Shown here piece by piece: positions 60,851 through 64,000 of a DNA stretch of 64,000 bases; positions within the stretch are counted from its first letter, which is position 1; each line of letters starts with the position of its first letter. Both the position numbers and the translations under genes were made by a program. Below the pieces are notes generated by a model. That model had not been told where the DNA came from and searched no databases. It saw only the letters and a list, made by a program, of their open reading frames with translations. The stretch is from Hemiscyllium ocellatum (lineage: Eukaryota): contig NC_083409.1 of NCBI RefSeq assembly GCF_020745735.1, forward strand, positions 20,170,341-20,234,340, given 5' to 3'.

Positions 60851-61981
60851 AGTAGAACAGTTTCTCCCATGTGTCTTCTGAACCACCTCACTGACCTGCA
60901 TTCATTAGTCACCATGGCCACATCTTCCACCTCCACACACATCTGACTTCCTGCTTCAAAATGATGAGAGACATTCCTTCATTATCTGAGAAATAGATAG
61001 AAACATCAAACACAGGAGCATCAGTAGGCCATTCGGCCCTTCAAGCCTGCTCCACTATTCAGTATGATCATGGCTGATCATCCAACACAGATCCCTGTTC
61101 CTACTTTCTCCCCACATTCTTTGATCCCTTTAATCCTAAGTATATCTAATTCCTTCATAAATACACATTGCATCTAATTCCCTTTTGCTGGAAAAATGGA
61201 TGACAATTATTGGGTTGTTATTTTTTGACCAGTATGGACACAATGGGCTGATGGGCCTTTTGGGTCCCTATGACTCTATAGTTATATATTATGAATAACT
61301 GGGTACCAAGGGCTGACCCCTGTGGCACCCTAAGTTGTTATTACCTGCCATTCAGAAAAAGACTCATTCTTTCTGTGCTGCCTGCCAACCAGTTCCCAAT
61401 CCAAGTCTGTACGTGAACCCCAATCCTCTTGTTCATTTGGTCTAGATCTGGAAGTCCCACCCTTACTCATTGTGGGAACAGATTCTGAACAGTCTGTCTT
61501 ATCCTTCGAGGGCTCCCACTGCCCTGACACTGATTTCCCATCATGCCATTGGTTCCGATCCACTTTTACCAAAGCACCGCACAGTTTCATAAAATGAAAA
61601 CTTTTACACTTGCTCCATGGTTCTCCATTTCCATCCCTACTCTCAATCTCACTGAGTTCTGATCACTGTCACTAAAATGCTCCCACATTGATAGCCCTTC
61701 CAGATGCCCACATTCATTCCATAACCGATGGTCCAAAACTGTCCCTTCTCTCTCTGCTGCTTCACCATCACCTTCTCAGGGGCAACTAGGGACGGTAATG
61801 AATGCTGGCCCTGCCAGTGACACTCAGATCCCAAGAAGCAATTTGAACAGTGTCTGTTCTTTTGTTGGGTTTATTCTGTATTGACTACAAATGTTCAAAA
61901 AGATTGTATTGCCAGTGAATATTGTGAGGGTTGAATTCCCTTCAAATGGCAGGGATTAAAATTGTTTCTCTTGCCTTTCAG

Positions 61982-62310
61982 CCCGTGACAACTCTCAGCC
62001 CAAGCTGACCCTGCTGCCCCCCTCCCCGGAGCAGGTCAATGCCAAGGGCACTGCCACCCTGGTGTGCCTTGCCAACCACTTCTATCCCGATGAGCTGGAG
62101 GTGCAGTGGAAGAAGGATGGTGCAGTCATTTCGGACGGGGTTCAGACCAGCAACTACCTGCGAACTTCGGACAGCACCTACAGTGTCAGCAGCCTGCTGA
62201 CCCTCTCTGGGTCTGACTGGGAGTCTAATGCTCACTTCTCCTGTGCCCTCACCCACGTGACCCTCCCCTCTCCCCTCAGCAAGAGCATCAGGAGATCAGA
62301 ATGTGTGTAG
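61982..62310 (+). CDS. IGKC: Ig kappa-type light-chain C exon
   Basis: Acceptor TTGCCTTTCAG; A|CC phase fits J2; (T)RDNSQPKLTLLPPSPEQV..ATLVCLANHFYPD..QW..YSVSSLLTL..FSCALTH..SECV*. Both domain Cys, the Trp and the penultimate Cys are present. Confidence 0.97.
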
Positions 62311-62836
62311 AGAGTGTGAGTAAGTCCACAGAGGAGACACAACTTTAAATAGAACAGGGCTGAGCTGGCAGGACAAAGGTCATTGTCAGCACTGAATTTC
62401 AACTCTCTTCCTTCTCAGGACTGTTCAGAGAACCTTCTGAGGTTTGGATGTAAAAGCAGGTCATTGCGACAGTGTCGACGGAGCTTTACGCTGTGTCAAA
62501 CCCCATGCTGTCCCTGTTCTGGGAGTGTTTGATGGGGACAGAGTTGACTTGTGATGGCAAGTAAAATCTCTTGAAGTTGCTGAAGACTGTCAGCTGTACA
62601 AAACAATGTGAACCTCAGAAGTCTCTGCTTCAGTAAACCAGATCTCCTTCCTGCTCAGCTGTCAGTTCCAATTTAAGGTTTTGTCACTGTTTAAAGGGAC
62701 AGGATTCTCATGTTATTGAGAAAACCTCCACAAGTGTTTTCCTCAAGCTCCATTGTGGCTGTGAATTTGAGCAGCCTCCTCTGTCTGGGCTGTTAATTGC
62801 AGTTTTTTTTTCTGTCAATGTGAATGTGGAAAAGGG

Positions 62837-62842
62837 AATAAA
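62837..62842 (+). terminator. probable polyadenylation signal of the kappa transcript
   Basis: First AATAAA after the stop, followed 15-35 nt later by a TG-rich stretch. Confidence 0.55.
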
Positions 62843-63210
62843 GATGAAGATTCAGTCTCTGTCTCTGTGTGCTTTGGAAATAGATGACCTTCCCCACCCC
62901 CCAGTTGATTGGCTGCATTTCAGCAGGTCATTGTCAAGATTGGCTGGTTGGCCTGTCAATCAATTACAATCATCAATCATTAATCATTTTCAAATGATCC
63001 CTTTGGTCAGGAATTTATGCAGGTTACAAGATTCCAAAAAGAACAGAAACTGAAAGTTGTTAGGACTCAATAAGTACAATCTGACGCATTCCCTCTTCAC
63101 TCTGTTGGTCCAGGCCCGGCTGATGGGATCGCACTGTGCAATCTCTGCTGTATGTTGGGTAGCAGCTGAAACAATCTTTGCCCAAACATTGTCAACTCTG
63201 TCTCTCTGAG

Positions 63211-63450
63211 GTAAAAACAAGGACTGCAGATGTTGGAAACCAGATTCTAGATTAGACTGGTACTGGAAAAGCACAGCAGTTCAGGCAGCATCTGAGGAGC
63301 AGGAAAATCGCCATTTCGGGCAAAAGCCCTTCATCAGGAATAGAGCTTTATTCTTGATGAAGGGCTTTTGCCTGAAACGTTGATTTTACTGCTCCTCTGA
63401 TGCTGCCTGAACTGCTGTGCTTTTCCAGCACCACTCTAATCTAGAATGTG
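63211..63450. mobile_element. Penelope-derived hairpin with two opposed hammerhead-like cores
   Basis: Arms 63244-63342 and 63349-63447. Cores at 63306-63341 (minus, degenerate) and 63350-63385 (plus, TTGATGA..GAAACGTT). Flanks TGTCTCTCTGAG and TGCCTCTCTGAG. Confidence 0.75.
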
Positions 63451-63518
63451 TGCCTCTCTGAGTGCGAGTGTTTAACTTAATGCTGCTTGGAGGGGTCTCT
63501 CTCAGTGTGGATTTGTTA

Positions 63519-63667
63519 CTCAGAGAGACACCTACAGGCAGCGTTCAGTGACGCACCCACATTCGGAGACACCTATCTACAGCATGGAGTGTGATCATGT
63601 TCCTCAGTGCAACCTGTCTCACAGAGTGAGTGTGTTACTCTGTGCTGCCTGTAGGTGTCTCTCTGAG
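63519..63667. repeat. 24-bp perfect inverted repeat with 101-nt spacer
   Basis: CTCAGAGAGACACCTACAGGCAGC (63519-63542) and its exact reverse complement (63644-63667). Confidence 0.9.
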
Positions 63668-64000
63668 GTATGTGTCTGAGCGATGGATTGAGAATGGGCT
63701 TTGTGCTGGGGATTGAAGATTAGGCTTTAATCTTCTCAAATCATGAATGGAAAACAGTTCTGCTGATTCAGTCTGAGATGGCAGCTCATTCAGATGGCCG
63801 AAGTTAAAACATCCAACAACTCCAGGTGATAGTCAAACAGGTTTATTTGAAAGTAGAAGCGTTCAGAGCACTGCTTCTTCATCAGGTAGCTGGAGGGGCA
63901 GGATCATTGGACACAGAATTTATAGTAAATTCAGATGGCAGCTGAGAAAGGTGAATACTGAGAGTGTATTCTCAGTAAGGGAGGGATTTCAGAGGCAGTG

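Overview
Repeat-rich eukaryotic DNA, almost certainly from a shark. The evidence is HE1-type SINEs, CR1/HER1-type LINEs and an Ig light-chain sequence of the cartilaginous-fish kappa/NS4 type. The only host gene content I can support is an immunoglobulin kappa-type light-chain locus with two intact, unrearranged leader-V-12RSS / 23RSS-J units lying head to head. Unit 1 is on the minus strand at about 7.2-8.4 kb and unit 2 on the plus strand at about 43.0-44.2 kb. One intact C exon (61982-62310) lies 17.8 kb downstream of J2. The two units are arms of a large imperfect inverted duplication (about 1-24.6 kb versus 36.3-51.7 kb). It contains islands of 95-97% identity set among shared fossils of roughly 70-80% identity; one island carries a PU.1/IRF composite motif and another is a fossil CR1 ORF1 segment. 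The rest is transposon material: many CR1 fragments, seven HE1 SINEs, a full-length nearly intact L1 with TSD inside the J-C intron, a SCAN-bearing Gmr1-like Gypsy relic, Penelope-like elements and about 200-bp Penelope-derived hairpins carrying hammerhead-ribozyme cores. There is one assembly gap (41209-41345). All alignments and counts were done by eye. Repeat-family names come from recalled consensus features and need database confirmation. Boundaries of old repeat fragments are approximate.
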